Of a stretch of DNA of 64,000 bases, positions 63,230 to 64,000 are shown in pieces (the stretch's first letter is position 1; the number at the start of each line of letters is the position of its first letter). A program made the translations under genes and the position numbers. The stretch spans positions 2,976,001 to 3,040,000 of the forward strand of contig NC_089429.1 in the NCBI RefSeq assembly GCF_026210795.1. The letters run 5' to 3'. The notes beneath the pieces were generated by a model. The model was not told the DNA's origin, made no database searches, and was given only the letters and a program-made list of their open reading frames with translations. The stretch comes from Rhizophagus irregularis. Lineage: Eukaryota.

Positions 63230-64000
63230 TATAAAAGCTGTACTTTAGATAGTTTTTGAAAAAAATAGGAAAGTTTGATTTTATAAGCAAAATACAATTT
63301 TTTGTTTTAAAAAAGATTTTTTTTAATCAAATTTTCAAAATTTTAGTATGATTAGTATTTAACTCAGGTTTGTTTTACACTGAAGACCTCTGATTCTCTT
63401 ATAAGAGTTACTACATCGAATCAGGCTTCATGAATAAGAGTTAGTATTATGTGATAATAGTAATATAAAAAACGTGGTTAACAAAAATAAAATACAATTT
63501 CAAATCAGAATTCAATTTATTAAAATAAATTAAATAGGACCTATATTTATACAAAATATAGTAATACAAAATATCCTTATTTCAAGAACTATGATATAAT
63601 AAATGACATTATATATCCAGTTTATACTCGTATAATAGGAGTATTGTCCATCATCTATGTATAATATCTTTATATAGATCGTATCCTTGATCAGTGACCT
63701 GAAGTAATAGATTTGCATTACTGGCTAATCCTTAATTCTATTCCTTTAATTCTATAATTCCTACTCTACCTACAACTTCTGTTTTTCATTAATTTATGTT
63801 TGATTTCTGCTGGTTACAACACATTTATTATTTAAATTGAAATTTTTGAAAAAAAATTTATGATGTGTTTTTTAATTCTGGCCAAAATTATAATTTTCAG
63901 CCAGAATTAAGTGATGTGGTGACAATAAATACTGGTGATATTTAGTAATACCTTTTATTTTTTATTTAAACAAAACGTTGACTAACGTTTCAATTTTTAC

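Overview
Very AT-rich eukaryotic DNA with short GT-AG introns. The composition and transposon families suggest a Glomeromycota fungus such as Rhizophagus (inference, not shown by the sequence). No ordinary host gene, rRNA, tRNA or CRISPR array is visible; the window is almost entirely nested transposable elements, most with termini and target-site duplications (TSDs) readable by eye. Positions 1-38.1 kb are a decayed minus-strand LINE, split by a MULE-transposase element, two hAT-type MITEs and a 30.6-kb nest: a CATCAGG-TIR element holds a CACTA element and a Plavaka element, the Plavaka holds a hAT, and that hAT holds a second hAT plus a Myb-carrying non-autonomous element. Positions 39.9-51.7 kb are a second CACTA element interrupted by a P element and a palindromic MITE. 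Positions 52853-61972 are a very young Ty3/Gypsy LTR retrotransposon, the most unusual object here. It has a Nudix hydrolase domain at the front of Pol, a -1 frameshift signal with a likely pseudoknot, integrase in a separate ORF joined by an AUGGAUGA stop/start overlap, and a 3' divergent gene pair that includes a spliced antisense bZIP-like gene. Two related Myb/SANT genes ride in transposase-less DNA elements.
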